Assembly (NCBI GenBank): GCA_036172245.1
Contig: JAYWIR010000012.1
Span: forward strand, 1,178,001-1,242,000
DNA: 64,000 nucleotides
Direction of reading: 5' to 3'
From: Raillietiella orientalis
Taxonomy: Eukaryota
Under the pieces are notes generated by a model. That model was not told where the DNA came from, did no database searches, and saw only the letters and a list, made by a program, of their open reading frames with translations. The translations under genes were made by a program, and so were the position numbers. Of this stretch, positions 60,680 to 64,000 are shown piece by piece; position 1 is the stretch's first letter; every line of letters starts with the position of its first letter.

Positions 60680-62650
60680 GTCGTTCCTCACTGATGAGAA
60701 CCGCATGTTTATGTTGACTAGGAGAAGAATGGTCGCCTGAAAAGTGGGCACTTGAGGCACCCGCACTTGAAAAGGCTTTGTGCTTTGAGGGCCATCCCTA
60801 GGCGAGCCTCGCAGGGAACTCAAGCGCTCGTTTCGAAAATGAAGAGAGTTGATGAGGACTTCGAGTCAGGTGAAGTTCGAGACGATCACGGATTGGGCCA
60901 TTTCGAAACGATCCTCTTACAATCCTAATAATCTCATTTATTTACGTTCCAAAGTGACGTGCTCTTGTCCTCATTCCTTTGTCATGGACTGCAAAGGGTT
61001 GGCTCTTTCCGATCGGTCAGTGACTCCTTTCTTTGCGCATCCAGTGCGCTTTCTGCTGCCTTGGTGGCGGAGTTTCAGACTTCTTCTTGGTGTTCCGACC
61101 CTTTAGAATATTTGGGGGGAAGGATCTCTGTGGTCCTTTCTTCTGCTTTCTGGACGGCGATACTGAAGACTGCAACTAGAGGAAACGCAGTTTCGGACTT
61201 CCGCATGCAATCAGAGGTTTTAGAAAAGCGTTCTGAATTTGCAGCGTTCGCATCTAAGCGTTCGGACAAGCAGAACTCACCTGCGTCCAGAAAGACAGGG
61301 GAAGGTGTACGATCGCGTGCGTGAGCCATCGCAAGTCACAAAGGCTGGAGCGCCATCCCTGCAGGACGCCATCATAAGGCTTCCATAAAGTGCAGAGCAT
61401 CAGAATCCCGGTGAAATCTCACAGACCCACCCGCTAGCAGATGCACGCGAAATCTTCTGAAGGTAGAAGATGAAGATTCAGGGGAAGATTCTCGTAACTC
61501 ATGTCCAAGGCATTCTATGGAGCGAAACCGTGTTCCTCTTGTTTGTGGTTTCTCCTCGTTTATTGGTTTTCAATGATGAGTCCAGAATCCAAGAAGCCAT
61601 TCTTCGTCTTCTTCAAACTTTTGTAGAAGCATTCCGGAAGCATCGAAGGCAAGCCTCCTGCATACGGCTGCGGCAAACTCATCCACCTGTACACTTTAAA
61701 GATTCGTGATCAAATTTTCATCTACAAGTATTTATGGATGTGTGGGTGGAAAAGAAAAAAAAGTATGGAAATTGCAACATGCAATGCCTAATGTTTTCCA
61801 CAGGACATTAGAAGGAGTTTTCGATAAAAGCAGGACATGAGAACATCATTCATTATTTGTTGCGGACGACTTGGTTCCTTTTATCTTCGCTCATTTCGAG
61901 GAACAAACTTTGCATCTTCGGAACATCATGGTCAGTTATTATGGCAAAAAAAAAAAATCGGATGGATCAGGATGATTCGAAAGACCAACCTCACTAATGC
62001 TGACAACAACTGAATGTCTCCCAGATAGATAAGATCCGTCTCACTGAGAATCAGTCATCTGTTATTAGTGGATATATCACTGGGAAGGAAGAAAGCAGAG
62101 TTCTGGATACCCGAGAGCAGATTACAACAAGCGGATTCTGTGTAAGTTCGTTAGGCTATTTGTCACCGCCGTCTGGCCTCGCTTACGATGATAACTTCGG
62201 GTCAGAATGAGCACAAAGTGGAGGATGCCATCAAGGAAACTGGTAGGAACAGGAAGCTTGCTGATAAGAACCGGGCAGTAAGATACTCTGATGTCGAGAT
62301 GAATGATTGGGGAATTCTGGGCTTCGTATTTATTCATGAATTTCCATGAAGGACTTTTTACGTGTGGCTTGGAGAGCGTTTGTCATCCGCACCGAAGGAA
62401 TTCCTCCCTTCGCCTCCGAGTTTTCCTCCGCTTCTTGTCGCCGTGGCACCGCGAGTGCAAGTGACACCACATGCGGGTCTCCGATCCAGAAGAATATCTG
62501 GAAAAGATTCCGTTTCGGAACGACTGCTTGCAGAAAGGGCAGACGATGAGCAAGGATGGAACAGTCAGTTTATTATCTGAAGATGAAAGCAGTCGGTGTG
62601 TTCCGTTATGGAACTCTTCGACGAGGACCACAGTAAACGTCAAACGTACT
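60680..62650 (-). mobile_element. Protein-primed family B DNA polymerase remnant (Polinton/Maverick or adintovirus-like)
   Basis: A collinear series is visible: VCPFCKQSF...HLHSRCH (endonuclease VII-like), VKVLHGN (like PV.FHNL), KLPVPTSFLDGIL (like DSF.F...SLD.L), FFLPSD...LSETDL, AFIENS, VYRWMSLPQPYAGG (like LYG.AMSQPLP.G), HGFAP (like PLAPE), FHR / LWKPY and NAANSERFSK. Confidence 0.7.
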
Positions 62651-63559
62651 CCATAAAGTGCAGCATCAATTAATATGATGTAACTAAGGAAACTCGAACT
62701 CCCAGAATCGGTCTATTTGGCGTCAGCACTGAAACGGCGACGGCCTTTGTGTTCCTTCTCCCAGATGGAGGCTGGATGGCTGCCGCAGAGCCTTCGCTGC
62801 TGTGCGCAGAGCACTAAACCCGAACTGTTCCTATCTGTTACGGTCTATACATCAGATACTTGCGAATCCATCTGATCGGAAAAAAACAATAAATAAAGAG
62901 GCGAGCCCTCGTTGCTAAGCGTAGATCAGAAAATGATGCTGCTGTGTGCGGGAAAAAGACGAAACGCTTCCGGGAAAGCGAATCTCTTCGTTCGAACGCG
63001 ATTCGCATCAGGCTGGAGCAAAGCGGCGGCATCCGTCCGGAAAGGCAGTCCTGAACCTTCCCAGCCGAAAGTACACGTTCCGGAGGCCTCACGGGATGCG
63101 CGAGTGGCCTTCCGGCGGTGGGTAAGAAGCGTGCGATGGAATGGCCCTGTTCTTCGCCTTCCGGAAACCCTGCGGAGGAAGGGAGGGGGGGAGGGGAGCT
63201 CCGAAAGCATCGAAAATCCAGAGCGAGCCCCCTACCATCGCACACGTGCCTGCAAGTCGCGCGCGTCGACCCGCGCGCCGCGGCCTCTGTGACGGGGAAG
63301 TCCGGCGCGAAGGCATCTCCGAAATTAAAAGCCGGCATGGGCGGATGCGGGAGAAAAGAACTTCACCGGTGATTCACGAAACCGCCCGAAACCCTTTTCC
63401 TATCGTCCAAGAGCTGCCGTCAAACAGGGAACTCTAGGGGACAAATCCAGGAAGGAAGGCAAGGGAAGCGTGCCTTTTGCACGTGTGATCACCTCAGATA
63501 TCGGATTCAGGATGCAGGAACCCGAGGCGTAGTACATCAATCAGAGCACCGGCCACGGA

Positions 63560-63930
63560 AGGAAAAGCGCGTGCAAACAGAGGCACAAGAAGATGATGGC
63601 AGGGTAATTTCGCCGAGTGCTTTCCGCTCGGTGCGGATGAGTGCAAAGGATAACCGGCCGCTGCGTTGTCGGGAGACGATGCCAAGAGACTTGGCGCAGG
63701 CACCAGTTGCTCCGTTCCCGCTTTGCCTTTTCTTCCCTCTGGTGTAGTGATTCGGGGCGCGCGTGCTTAAAGCGAAGGTCATGCCCTCTTTTTCTCGGAG
63801 GTCCGTGGCATGCCGTCCACGCCGTCGGATGCTCAAGTGTGGCCAGGCGGCCACCTCGCGTGCACGCAAATGTCTCCTGGGCGCTCTTCAAGGTCAGACG
63901 TCTTGTCTCCTACCTGGGGAACAGTCTCCC
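63560..63930 (-). pseudogene. C-type lectin domain gene fragment
   Basis: KSAQETFACTRGGRLATLEHP (like W..A...C...GG.LA.I.S) is followed in the next frame by ATDLREKEGMTF...PNHYTRGKKRQSGNGATGAC (like G.TD...EG.F.W...YT.W...QP.N...C). Confidence 0.5.
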
Positions 63931-64000
63931 TTGTCTCCTAGAGGTAAATGGAAAGAGCATCCCACCGCGAGGGCTCTTGAAGGGATTCTCTTTCTGTTTC

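Noticed and set aside
660..60700. Hammerhead ribozymes at CTGATGA sites (for example 663, 9316, 28073, 52722)
   Set aside because: None has stem II followed directly by GAAA with a compatible cleavage triplet.

Overview
This 64-kb window looks eukaryotic, probably from an invertebrate animal. It is GC-rich and CpG-rich, and I found no intact protein-coding gene, rRNA, tRNA gene or CRISPR array. Reading across frameshifts and stops, it is a dense patchwork of short (about 0.3-2 kb), heavily decayed fragments. These come from Gypsy and BEL/Pao LTR retrotransposons, RLE-type (NeSL/Utopia/R2-like) non-LTR elements, Harbinger/ISL2EU, P/THAP and Tc1/mariner transposases, a tyrosine recombinase, a Polinton/adintovirus-type PolB, and host-like domains (RING/TRAF, BTB, C-type lectin, Schlafen-like helicase). 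About 30 of the 34 coding remnants I could orient lie on the minus strand, often in scrambled domain order. A roughly 0.8-1 kb tRNA-headed SINE-like repeat with a 42-bp minisatellite core occurs in both orientations. The best overall interpretation, by inference only, is a flamenco-like unistrand transposon trap or piRNA cluster transcribed on the plus strand. All family calls come from motif recognition by eye in degraded sequence, boundaries are approximate, and all need profile-search confirmation.
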